Shown one piece after another: positions 14,406 through 22,657 of a stretch of DNA of 22,838 bases. Position 1 is the stretch's first letter; every line of letters begins with the position of its first letter. The stretch lies in the IMG/VR virus record IMGVR_UViG_3300031992_000470. One strand, 5' to 3'. The notes below the pieces were generated by a model. The model did no database searches and was not told the DNA's origin. It saw nothing but the letters and a program-made list of their open reading frames with translations. The position numbers and the translations under genes are program-made. The DNA is from a virus.

Positions 14406-14709
14406 TGTCAACTTTCTCCTCGCAGATGAGCGAGATCCCGTCCCTCTGCGCTTTCCAGTCCACACGAATGACCGAATACTCGCGCCCCTCATATTCGAGG
14501 GTCTTCTGCCCGTCGTAATCGGCGCGGTTGGTCATGTAGAGGACGATGGAGGGCTTGAGCCCCACCTGGGCGGCGTCATAGAACTCTGACGCGTAGACGC
14601 TCCTGGGCTGAACGAACACCTCCGTCATCTCGATTGTCGGGATCGCGTTCCCATACGCGTCGAAGGTTGGAGTCCCGTATTTTTTCAGAATAGCGATTCC
14701 GTCATACAT
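14398..14709 (-). CDS. Head-tail adaptor / head closure protein
   Basis: Start at ATG 14709-14707, with GGGAGG 7 nt upstream. 103 aa. FVQPRSVYASEFYDAAQVGLKPSIVLYMTN...EYSVIRVD resembles head-tail joining proteins. Confidence 0.65.
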   Translation of the reverse strand: MYDGIAILKKYGTPTFDAYGNAIPTIEMTEVFVQPRSVYASEFYDAAQVGLKPSIVLYMTNRADYDGQKTLEYEGREYSVIRVDWKAQRDGISLICEEKVDNG

Positions 14710-14986
14710 TGGAGACCTCCCAGGATGTGTATCCCGTCGCGTTCGAGAGTTGGGCTTTCTGCTCGTCGTATGCCTTTTTGAGGCGGTCATAGTCCTCGGG
14801 AAGACCGAAGGACATCTTCACATATGTGATGATGGCCGTCGATACAAGCGCGTCAAATCCCTCGGGGATTTCCACCCCCGCGATGCCGAGGTCGGCCTCG
14901 GCGGAAGAGATCAGATCGAGAATCTCGTCATCGAATCCGTCGGCCTTGATGCGGAGCGCATTTTTTACTTTTTCGAGATCAAGCAT
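14702..14986 (-). CDS. gp6-like head-tail connector (DNA-packaging) protein
   Basis: 94 aa. LEKVKNALRIKADGFDDEILDLISSAEADL is the typical N-terminal motif. Confidence 0.7.
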   Translation of the reverse strand: MLDLEKVKNALRIKADGFDDEILDLISSAEADLGIAGVEIPEGFDALVSTAIITYVKMSFGLPEDYDRLKKAYDEQKAQLSNATGYTSWEVSNV

Positions 14987-14997
14987 TGATATTACCT

Positions 14998-15026
14998 CTT
15001 AAAGGCGACCCCCTAAAGGGTCGCCT
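14998..15026 (-). terminator. Stem-loop with a short U-tract after the capsid gene (attenuator)
   Basis: Minus strand: AGGCGACCC-TTTAGG-GGGTCGCCT (9-bp perfect stem), followed by TTTAA. Confidence 0.5.
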
Positions 15027-15120
15027 CTATCCTTTCAATTATTGCCGATTTTGTCATCCTCGAAGAAACACCTTCGACCCCGTTCTCCTCCGCATAGGCG
15101 AGGATTTCGGCCTTTGTCAT
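15013..15120 (-). CDS. Micro-ORF (35 aa) with a Rho-N / HeH (SAP-like) motif
   Basis: Own translation: MTKAEILAYAEENGVEGVSSRMTKSAIIERIEATL, matching the helix-extension-helix pattern. No clear Shine-Dalgarno sequence. Confidence 0.45.
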   Translation of the reverse strand: MTKAEILAYAEENGVEGVSSRMTKSAIIERIEATL

Positions 15121-15152
15121 GGTCGAGGTGTCGGCTTTAGACTTCGAGGAAT

Positions 15153-16319
15153 TTATTCCCCCGCGATGCCGTCGATGATAACGAACATATTCAGACCGAC
15201 CACATCGATGGCGGCGTAAAGTCTGCCGACGAGTTTGATGAGGTCTTTCTCGGCGAGTGAATACTCGTCAAGGACGAATCTGACATTTGCACCCTCGGGA
15301 AGGTTAGCCTGGACGCCGGAGAGGTCTCCAACGATGGCCTGGTTGAGGAGGACGCCCGCCGGAGCTACGATCGGTGTCAGCCCCTGGAATGGGTCATATG
15401 CATAGTGGGCGTTGAGTGCTGCGATTCTGATGTTTGCGATGGTCTGCGCATTTGCGATGAGAACAAGGTCTCTCGCTTCGGGGTTAAGGTTTGCGATGGC
15501 CTGGATGATGGTGGCGGGTGTAACTTCTCCGCTTACACTACCTCCGTTAAGGTTGTTCGTATTGTTGAGAATGGCATCGAGAGCCACCTGGGCTGCCTTC
15601 TGTATGATGCGATAAGTGATCTCATCGTACACATACATGAGGAAGTCCTCTGATCCCATGGCGAGGACTTCGGTGGAGAATGCCACCCACTTCTTAATGG
15701 TATGCGGTACGAGGTTGATTACTGTGAGGGTCACCTTTTCCATATTGGGAGCTTCTATGCCCTCGTAGTGGATGACGGCGGGATCTGCCTCGGTCTCGAC
15801 GGCGACCTTGAGGTTGCCCTTGACGAATGTCTTGGTCACTCTGTTAAAGATCTCGTCTCTCTCCCATGCGGTTCTCACTCTGCTCTCGACGAATGTCGGG
15901 ACGGGAACATGGCCTTCGCCCACAATTTCGGTATTTTCGGTGAGGAATGTTGAATCAGGGGTATTGCCCTGGGCTCTGTACTCCTTGATGAGAGATCTGC
16001 ACTCTTCATCTTTGCCGGTCTTGATGTAGTTGGCGAATGCGTCAACATATGCCTTTGAATTTCTGAATTCTTCGAATGTCATGGTTGATTCCTTTCTTGA
16101 TTCGATGGTTTTTCCCGCTCCGGCAACTACGGCCTGGGCGGCTTTCTTTCTTTCCTCGACCTCTTTATCGAGGGCGAGTTTCCTTTCCTCGATCATGTCG
16201 AGCTCGGCGGAGAGGGTCTCGATCATTTCGGCGGTCGCCGTGTCTGTCTCGACGGCGATCTCTGCCTTCCTGGTCTCTAATTCCTCATAGCCGAGATTTG
16301 CGATTTCTTCTCTTGTCAT
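15153..16319 (-). CDS. Major capsid protein, HK97 fold, with an N-terminal coiled-coil (delta/scaffold-like) region
   Basis: 388 aa directly after the S78-type protease. The N-terminal 80 aa are rich in E, K and A. Confidence 0.85.
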   Translation of the reverse strand: MTREEIANLGYEELETRKAEIAVETDTATAEMIETLSAELDMIEERKLALDKEVEERKKAAQAVVAGAGKTIESRKESTMTFEEFRNSKAYVDAFANYIKTGKDEECRSLIKEYRAQGNTPDSTFLTENTEIVGEGHVPVPTFVESRVRTAWERDEIFNRVTKTFVKGNLKVAVETEADPAVIHYEGIEAPNMEKVTLTVINLVPHTIKKWVAFSTEVLAMGSEDFLMYVYDEITYRIIQKAAQVALDAILNNTNNLNGGSVSGEVTPATIIQAIANLNPEARDLVLIANAQTIANIRIAALNAHYAYDPFQGLTPIVAPAGVLLNQAIVGDLSGVQANLPEGANVRFVLDEYSLAEKDLIKLVGRLYAAIDVVGLNMFVIIDGIAGE

Positions 16320-16978
16320 TAGTGTCCTCCTAATGCTCTTCTTTTGATTTCTGCTCTTCTCTGTTCCAGGGCTCTCTTCTCTTCCTCAAGTCTCTCCGCT
16401 TGAATCTTCTCGATCACTCCGTCGGTCAGATTGCTAATGCTTCGAGTCACGGCATCCGCCGAGATCGAAGTGCCATCATTAGCCGGAAGGGAAACGGCCG
16501 AAACATCGTAGAGTTTGCCCACCGATTTGATGTGCCTGGTGTACTTGGTCACGCCCGTCTCTTCGTCCTTTTCGCGGTCTTCAGAGTCGGCGGTGACAGT
16601 AAAGCCGAACGACATGCGGTCGGTGTAGCCTCCGGCGATCTCCTCATAAAGGGCTCGGCCTATTTCCGTTCCCCCGAGGTCTGCCTCTATAAATAATCCC
16701 TTGTCGTTTGGCGTCACGGCGAGGGTATTATTTCTTGTTCTTGCAAAAACGCGACCCTGGTGGTCGTATTGCATGATGACATCTGTCATGTCTGTGTTGT
16801 CGAATGCGGTCGGGTCTACTGTCTCCCACAACTCCCATCCGTCGCCCTTATAGAGCATATAGGGCTCGTTGAATGTTGAGGCGTAGCCCACTACGATCTT
16901 GCGCTCTTCCGTTCCCTCTTCGGGATCACGGACTTCGATCGTCATGTTTCGATATTCTCTATTGTCTTTAATTGCCAT
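16319..16978 (-). CDS. Prohead serine protease (HK97 / S78 family)
   Basis: 219 aa. VVGYASTFNEPY..., QYDHQG, MSFGF and DVSAVSLPAN motifs. Confidence 0.8.
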   Translation of the reverse strand: MAIKDNREYRNMTIEVRDPEEGTEERKIVVGYASTFNEPYMLYKGDGWELWETVDPTAFDNTDMTDVIMQYDHQGRVFARTRNNTLAVTPNDKGLFIEADLGGTEIGRALYEEIAGGYTDRMSFGFTVTADSEDREKDEETGVTKYTRHIKSVGKLYDVSAVSLPANDGTSISADAVTRSISNLTDGVIEKIQAERLEEEKRALEQRRAEIKRRALGGH

Positions 16979-18158
16979 TTGTGTCCTCCTCTTGGGTCAG
17001 TTCGTCGGTTGCTTTGTATTCGCCACGGATTGGCGCAACTTGTCCCGCTCCGTTCGGTAGCGGTGCGTAATTGAATAACTCTCTTATCTCGTCGATGAGG
17101 ATCGCGCCTCTGTCGCCGAGTTCCTTCGCCATCTGCACCTTCTGCGATGTGCTCATGTACTGAAGTCTGTTCGCGTTCGCGATGAGGTATGATCCTTGCG
17201 CCCTCTCCCTTTCAGAGAAAAGTGCGGCGGTCATGGATTCGCTGAACTGAATCGCGAAGGGCTCGATGCATCCGTCGAAGAACGCTTCGAGATCCTCGGC
17301 CTTGGCCTTGTTCTGAAGCACATCTTCAGACACGCCGAAGTAGTTGAAGACATTCTCTCTGATCTGCTTCATCTGCTCCGCGTCTATCGAGTACGGGCGG
17401 ACATCGATCTGTTTGATGTCTTTATAAGTGTTCGGGAATAAAAGGAATCCCCCGCTCTTGGAATCCGTTGAGAGATTGGATTCTGTGAATCTTTCCCTCT
17501 CCTTCGCCAGGTCAGCTGCCGAACTGAAGTTGTTCAAGGTTGCCATAAAGCGGAAGGTCGCCGCGTTCTTGACACCCTCCTCGATGCCCTGGTTTTGTAT
17601 GTGAATCAATTGCATCGTTTCCTTGAGCGGTGCGTTCGAATCGCCGAAGAAATCCTTGCGGTATTGGTGCTTGGTCAAGATCGCGCACTTCCTCGCCTCC
17701 ACGGCTGCGGTCTGCCCGTTGTTGAACTGATATTTCAGCCACACCTCGCCGTCGTAGTCGATGAGGGATGTCTGCTGCGGGAGGATGGGATAGACCCCCG
17801 TGATGATCATCCGCTCGTCAAATACCGGCACAATAAACGCGGTATTGTTCACATCGAGGATCGTGCTCGTTCGGTACAAAAATTGCGACCAGGTCATGAA
17901 CTGATTCGGCGCGAGGGCGAGTTTGCTCTGAAGGGACGGGTTCGCCGTTCCTACGGTCTCGACCTTCAATTTTGAGATGTGCCGAGCCCTGGCATCGATT
18001 GCCGCCCGAACGATCTCGCTCTCATAGATCATCCCGCCCCAATTAGTGAACACGGGCGTGTATGCGCTCAAGGTCTGAAAGAATCCCCTCGCGTCCCGAA
18101 GCGCGTCTTCTGATTTTGTTGCCCTATCCGGGCGAAATATTTTGTCGAACAAAGACAT
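16968..18158 (-). CDS. Portal protein (HK97 family)
   Basis: 396 aa between TerL and the protease. Starts MSLFDKIF... and contains VRAAIDARARHISKLK. Confidence 0.8.
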   Translation of the reverse strand: MSLFDKIFRPDRATKSEDALRDARGFFQTLSAYTPVFTNWGGMIYESEIVRAAIDARARHISKLKVETVGTANPSLQSKLALAPNQFMTWSQFLYRTSTILDVNNTAFIVPVFDERMIITGVYPILPQQTSLIDYDGEVWLKYQFNNGQTAAVEARKCAILTKHQYRKDFFGDSNAPLKETMQLIHIQNQGIEEGVKNAATFRFMATLNNFSSAADLAKERERFTESNLSTDSKSGGFLLFPNTYKDIKQIDVRPYSIDAEQMKQIRENVFNYFGVSEDVLQNKAKAEDLEAFFDGCIEPFAIQFSESMTAALFSERERAQGSYLIANANRLQYMSTSQKVQMAKELGDRGAILIDEIRELFNYAPLPNGAGQVAPIRGEYKATDELTQEEDTNGN

Positions 18159-18160
18159 AT

Positions 18161-19912
18161 TTATTGATCTCCTTCTCGGTGATTCTGTAACTGAATCCCG
18201 ACATCATTCCACCACTTTTGTCTAACAATAAAGGCATCCAGGAGGGACGCCATTCCGTCGATGTGTGCGTTTGGTCTTATCTTCACGAGCCTCGCCCTTC
18301 CCTTCTCTGTGCTGATCTTCAGCGCGGAATTATAGAAGTGAATCTTGAGGAGGTCATTGTCCCCGATGTGAAGCGCGTGATCCTTGATGTGCGCCTCCAC
18401 CTCCTGGATGGCGGGGTCAAGGTTGAAGCCCTGGAAGACATCATCCATGTGGAATCCGTAGGCGTCCATCTGTTGGACGAGATACGATGCCGAATAGCGG
18501 TCATATCCCACTTTTAAGGGGTATATCTCCCACTTTTCGACCAATTCCCTAAAAAACATAAAAACATCGTTGTAATCGATGATATTCGTCCCCGAAGGGT
18601 ATAGAAGCCCCCGCTCCATGTATAGGTTATACGGGACGCCGTCCATTGCGGTCAGTTCCTCGATTCTCTCACTCGGCAGCCAAAACCGGGCGAGGACATA
18701 GAACTCCGCGTTCTTCTCGATGACTATCACCGCCGAGGTCAAGTCTGTTGTCCTTGAGAGGTCGATTCCCGCGACGCAATAGCACCCACGGAAGTCTTCA
18801 AGTTTCAGTTCCTCGCCCGTGCAACTTTCGATCGCCTGGGCGTCGAGCCATGCGAGGGAACTGTTGGACTTCAGACAACAATATTTGGTGATGAACTCGC
18901 TTTTCTTTGAAAGCGATCCCTCGGCGATCGCGATCTCCTCGAGCATGTACTTCACGGAGACCGACACATTCAAGTTGGGATTGGCCTTCGCGAGTTCGTT
19001 GATGTCGTTCCACTTGCCGACCTCGTCTATCATGTAGAGGAACGGGAGGAGGCGGGTTTCCTTACTGTCTCCCAGGAGGAATCGGGTCGCCCTCTTGACC
19101 ATCTCGTCATAAATGGAATCGTTGATATAGCCCGATGTCGTGCAGCTTAAAAGAATCCCTTCGGGCCGTGCTCCCATTCCGCTCTTCATGACTTCGTATT
19201 GTTTGAGCCCCGCATCGCCTTCCCAGGATGCGATCTCGTCGCAGATGCAGAGGGACGGGTTGAATCCGTCGCTCTTCTTCGCCGAGAAAGCGATCTTCTT
19301 CACGATGCTATTCGTTCCGGGGATGGCGAGGTCGCTCATCCTATGACGGGGAACGAGTCCATCGTCGTGGATTTTCTTGTTATGCATATCCTTCTCCCCG
19401 AGGGTCTCCTTCAAGACCTTGTACTCGGGGTCGAGGGTGGTCATCTGCCAAATATCATTGTAGACCAAATCAGCCTGGTCAAGTTTCGGGGCGATGCAGA
19501 ACACGCGAGACCCGTATTCTTGATTACGGAACTCATACGCACCTATTGAAGAGGCGAGTTTTGTCTTGCCGTTCTTACGGCCAACGACCAGGAGGGTCTC
19601 TCTAAAATATCGATGTCCCTCTTCATCTACGAGGCCGTACATGCACGAAAGCATTGCCTTCTGCCACACCTCCAACTTGATGGGGCTCGGCGCGAGTGCG
19701 CCTTCGGTGTGATAGCAATGCGTTTCTATCCAATCGATGACATCGTTCGCCTTCTTTGCGTCAAAAATGAATCGCTTTTCGCTGATCCCGTTGACGATGT
19801 ACTCGTATATGAGGGATATCCACCGCCCCACGATGAACTTCCCGTTTCTGATACCTTGATAATAGGTATAAATCCAATTATCTCCGGCTTTCCTTTTCCC
19901 TTTTCCCGCCAT
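18161..19912 (-). CDS. terL: Terminase large subunit (Terminase_1 type)
   Basis: 583 aa. Walker A VVGRKNGKT. The N-terminus NWIYTYYQGIRNGKFIVGRW is typical of the family. Confidence 0.9.
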   Translation of the reverse strand: MAGKGKRKAGDNWIYTYYQGIRNGKFIVGRWISLIYEYIVNGISEKRFIFDAKKANDVIDWIETHCYHTEGALAPSPIKLEVWQKAMLSCMYGLVDEEGHRYFRETLLVVGRKNGKTKLASSIGAYEFRNQEYGSRVFCIAPKLDQADLVYNDIWQMTTLDPEYKVLKETLGEKDMHNKKIHDDGLVPRHRMSDLAIPGTNSIVKKIAFSAKKSDGFNPSLCICDEIASWEGDAGLKQYEVMKSGMGARPEGILLSCTTSGYINDSIYDEMVKRATRFLLGDSKETRLLPFLYMIDEVGKWNDINELAKANPNLNVSVSVKYMLEEIAIAEGSLSKKSEFITKYCCLKSNSSLAWLDAQAIESCTGEELKLEDFRGCYCVAGIDLSRTTDLTSAVIVIEKNAEFYVLARFWLPSERIEELTAMDGVPYNLYMERGLLYPSGTNIIDYNDVFMFFRELVEKWEIYPLKVGYDRYSASYLVQQMDAYGFHMDDVFQGFNLDPAIQEVEAHIKDHALHIGDNDLLKIHFYNSALKISTEKGRARLVKIRPNAHIDGMASLLDAFIVRQKWWNDVGIQLQNHREGDQ

Positions 19913-20005
19913 CTCCGTCCAATGTTGCTCTCGTTTTATCTAAATCTTGACCCTTTCACACCTCGGTCTATCCCCACGGGGGTCTCTGATGCCCCTGGGG
20001 GGGCT

Positions 20006-20353
20006 CTATTTTGCGCTTACACGCCCGAACTCGTCGATTTGGTATCGTTGTTCGTTTGCTCTCTTTTCCCTCTTCCTGGCGTTGATTATCGCCCATTTAC
20101 CGCCATGCAAGTCATGCCTTTCCGCATGGCATTCCCGACATAACAACTCGAGGTTGTCGAAGTTCAACGCGATCTCGGGCTTCTCGATGGTGATCGGGTC
20201 TATCTCTATCTTGTGATGGACTATCACGCCGGGCTTGTAGATTCCCTTCTTGAGACAGTTCTCGCAGAGGAAGAGCCGCTTCTTTGCGTATGCATTCCGG
20301 CACTCTTGCCAAGCCTTCGAACTATAGAAATGTTTTGCGAAGTCTTTAGCCAT
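20006..20353 (-). CDS. HNH endonuclease (terminase-associated type)
   Basis: 115 aa. CENC...VHHKIEI...NLELLCRECHAERH. Confidence 0.85.
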   Translation of the reverse strand: MAKDFAKHFYSSKAWQECRNAYAKKRLFLCENCLKKGIYKPGVIVHHKIEIDPITIEKPEIALNFDNLELLCRECHAERHDLHGGKWAIINARKREKRANEQRYQIDEFGRVSAK

Positions 20354-21479
20354 TGATCGCCTCTATCGCTCCGGCGTATGCGCTCCAACTTGCATCCGCC
20401 TGGTATGCGCTTACTAAATTCGCGGGAACATATATATGCCCGCTCCCGTCTTCTATCGGCGTTCCCTCAAGCGCGCCCTCTCCAAGAGTCACTACTTGAT
20501 TTGCTCGAAGTGTAAGGCTTGACAATTCGTTGTTGTAAAAAGCATATGCCCCGATCTCGGTGACATTAAGGTCTGCGGTTTCGATGGAATCCGTCTCTAC
20601 TGTCGGGATCTCCGCACCGCCCGTCAGCTCGTTTCCTACGGGAAGTTTGAACACATTGTTCACCGAATCGTAATAGCCGACCTTGTTGTCGCTCAATCTC
20701 TTAACGGGCACATAGTTATACGCAAGGACATTATTGCTGAAGAACTTGATCTCACCGTATACAGAGCCGATGATGGTGTAGTCGAGTCCGTCGCTGCTAT
20801 TGATGCACCCGCCGATCATGACATTTCGCGCCATGCCCGTGATATTTCCGCTACGGGTTTTCGTTGTTCCGTTAATTGTGGCGGATATTGAATAGTTTGA
20901 TGGGGCGACAAAATTCGGGGCGATCTTGATGTGTGTCCTCGTAAATGCTGACGAGAAATTAAAACTACCACCCAATGACCATATTGAAGTGTTCGGCATT
21001 ACTCCAAAATATGATCCTCCATTTCCCGAGCCATCAAAGCCATACAGAACTTGGGAAATGCTTCTCGTTCCGTCCATCGATGCTTCAATTTCTGCGACGC
21101 AATTACTCTCACGAGGCACATCTGTCAGAAGTACAGTATTGCCATTGAAGTGTACCGATTCCAACTGAACATATTCGCTTGGGAGTTGTCTCGTACTGTG
21201 GTAAAAAGCATAGGGTTTTATCTTGGGAAGTCCGCCCGGCAGACCGCTCAACTCTGTTGCGCTTCCGTCAATGATCCCCTTTAACTCGTCGGCCCATTGC
21301 TTGACATTGACCTCCACGGGAGAGTATGCCTTGCCCGTCGGCGCGGTGTGTGTCCCGTTCTCGGTCACTTGAAGAGGCTCAACTATAATGTCAACATCCC
21401 CTCCGCCTATCGCTGCCTTGAACGGAATAGGCTTATTCAATTCGTCAACTATGAAAGAATATGATGCTACGATTGGCAT
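20346..21479 (-). CDS. BspA-type leucine-rich-repeat protein with a central beta-rich domain of about 200 aa of unknown function
   Basis: Start at ATG 21479-21477, with GAGGAG 8 nt upstream. LRR_5-like segments IKPYAFYHST and VTEIGAYAFYNNELSSLTLRANQVVTLGEGALEGTP...IYVPANLVSAYQADASWS. Central EYVQLESVHFNGN...GYYDSVNNVFKLPVGNELTGG. Confidence 0.6.
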   Translation of the reverse strand: MPIVASYSFIVDELNKPIPFKAAIGGGDVDIIVEPLQVTENGTHTAPTGKAYSPVEVNVKQWADELKGIIDGSATELSGLPGGLPKIKPYAFYHSTRQLPSEYVQLESVHFNGNTVLLTDVPRESNCVAEIEASMDGTRSISQVLYGFDGSGNGGSYFGVMPNTSIWSLGGSFNFSSAFTRTHIKIAPNFVAPSNYSISATINGTTKTRSGNITGMARNVMIGGCINSSDGLDYTIIGSVYGEIKFFSNNVLAYNYVPVKRLSDNKVGYYDSVNNVFKLPVGNELTGGAEIPTVETDSIETADLNVTEIGAYAFYNNELSSLTLRANQVVTLGEGALEGTPIEDGSGHIYVPANLVSAYQADASWSAYAGAIEAING

Positions 21480-21481
21480 GG

Positions 21482-21805
21482 CTATATCTCCTCGTCGACC
21501 AGGTTGGAATCCGTTGCGATCAACATCTTCTCTGATGCCGCTCTCTTTTCGATTCCGTCCTCGACAAATAACCAATTTATCTGCGCCTTGATTCGGCCTT
21601 TCGGGAACTCCAAGGTCTCTTTCTGCGTTAGAAATACGCTTACACTTTGAGCCGTCAATTCGAGATCGGCGTCCTTCTTGGTCAAGATCTCCTCCTCGTT
21701 CGTGGTGGAGAATGTGACCCACACCTCCGTCGCTTGTGTCAGATCAATATCTGCGGTCGTTTCAAATATGAATGTCGGCGTTGTTCCTTTTATCGTCTCT
21801 ATCAT
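21482..21805 (-). CDS. Hypothetical beta-rich (Ig-like?) protein, 107 aa, first gene of the late operon
   Basis: The internal ATG 21805-21803 is preceded by GGAGA. MIETIKGTTPTFIFETTADIDLTQATEVWVTF... Its stop lies 2 nt before the next ATG. Confidence 0.5.
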   Translation of the reverse strand: MIETIKGTTPTFIFETTADIDLTQATEVWVTFSTTNEEEILTKKDADLELTAQSVSVFLTQKETLEFPKGRIKAQINWLFVEDGIEKRAASEKMLIATDSNLVDEEI

Positions 21806-21818
21806 GTTTTTCTCCGTT

Positions 21819-21863
21819 ATAAAAAGTCCCCGCTTGGGCCACATCGTTGAGAGGTGCGCGGGG
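21819..21863 (-). terminator. Second terminator-like hairpin in the late leader
   Basis: Minus strand: CCCCGC - 24-nt loop - GCGGGG, then AC and TTTTT. The U-tract ends about 10 nt before the ribosome-binding site of the 21805 gene. Confidence 0.4.
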
Positions 21864-21878
21864 CTCTGTCCGTAATGT

Positions 21879-21904
21879 AAAAGCCCACGGGATCGCCGTG
21901 GGCT
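21879..21904 (-). terminator. Rho-independent terminator downstream of the ArpU-like gene
   Basis: Minus strand: AGCCCACGG-CGATC-CCGTGGGCT (9-bp stem), followed by TTTAC. Four T in a row if the closing A-T pair is counted. Confidence 0.6.
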
Positions 21905-21998
21905 ATGTTGAGAAATAGGGGTTTTTGTTTGGTGATATGTTTTTATGTGAGGCTTGTTTTTGCTATTTCTCCATCTACCACATTTTTATCATAGGAGG

Positions 21999-22433
21999 TT
22001 ACCTTTGCGCAAGGGGTAATAATTCCCCGTCGAGTTTTTTCTCCGCGTTCCTCTTCAGCTTCCTCGCCTTGTAGATGTTCGCCTCCGTGATCTCGCCGTA
22101 TATCTCCCGGGCGATCATAGGCCAGGATTCGAACTTATAGAAGCGGAGGGTGATGACCTTCCTCTCCTTCTCGGTGAGGAGTCCCATGAAATCGTCGAGG
22201 ACGATTCTGATGCTCTGCATCTCCGTCTCGATCTCTTCTATCCTGGCATCTATCTCCTCGGCGCGGACGATATAATCAAGCACTTCATTCCCTCCCGCTC
22301 CCGATGTCTGAACGACCGCAGCCTTGTATTCGATGGGCTTCGGGTAGGCGACATTGGCGAACATCTCCCGCCTTCGGTCTTCCAGGGCGGTCTTTTGCTT
22401 GTGTAATTGTAAAAGGCGGAATGTGTACCACAT
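21999..22433 (-). CDS. ArpU/RinA-like late transcriptional regulator (sigma-70 region-4-like)
   Basis: 144 aa. LTEKERKVITLRFYKFESWPMIAREIYGEITEANIYKARKLKRNAEKKL. It is the last early gene before the packaging module. Confidence 0.7.
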   Translation of the reverse strand: MWYTFRLLQLHKQKTALEDRRREMFANVAYPKPIEYKAAVVQTSGAGGNEVLDYIVRAEEIDARIEEIETEMQSIRIVLDDFMGLLTEKERKVITLRFYKFESWPMIAREIYGEITEANIYKARKLKRNAEKKLDGELLPLAQR

Positions 22434-22657
22434 CAGATTTGTCCCTTCTTTACCTTGCGCCCTCTCCGTGTAGTGTGGTTGAGGACTTGTTCACTTATTC
22501 CGGCGTAATGCTCGGCCTTCCCTTCTCTGACCTTCTCCTTGTATTCGTCGTGAGCCTTCTTCTCTTTTTGATATTTCTCACATGTCGAATGGCAGCCCTC
22601 ATGCCTCTCGGGCGGGACGCACCCCTTGCAACATTTGATCGCTCCCAATTGGGTCAT
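22433..22657 (-). CDS. Hypothetical Cys-rich protein (74 aa)
   Basis: The internal ATG 22657-22655 forms an ATGA overlap with the resolvase stop, with GAGGAGGATGG upstream. CCKGC...GCHSTC. Confidence 0.55.
   Translation of the reverse strand: MTQLGAIKCCKGCVPPERHEGCHSTCEKYQKEKKAHDEYKEKVREGKAEHYAGISEQVLNHTTRRGRKVKKGQI

Noticed and set aside
20346-21722. Long N-terminal extensions in the ORF track. Examples: the 458-aa version of the LRR gene, 1906-2337, 2492-2908, 4261-4557, 4897-5343, 5616-5894, 14019-14492, 14398-14790, 13711-14073, 22433-22714.
   Set aside because: The extensions are Arg/Gly/Pro-rich, overlap the preceding gene out of frame and lack a ribosome-binding site. Each has an internal ATG with a GGAGG-type Shine-Dalgarno or an ATGA coupling that fits the operon packing.
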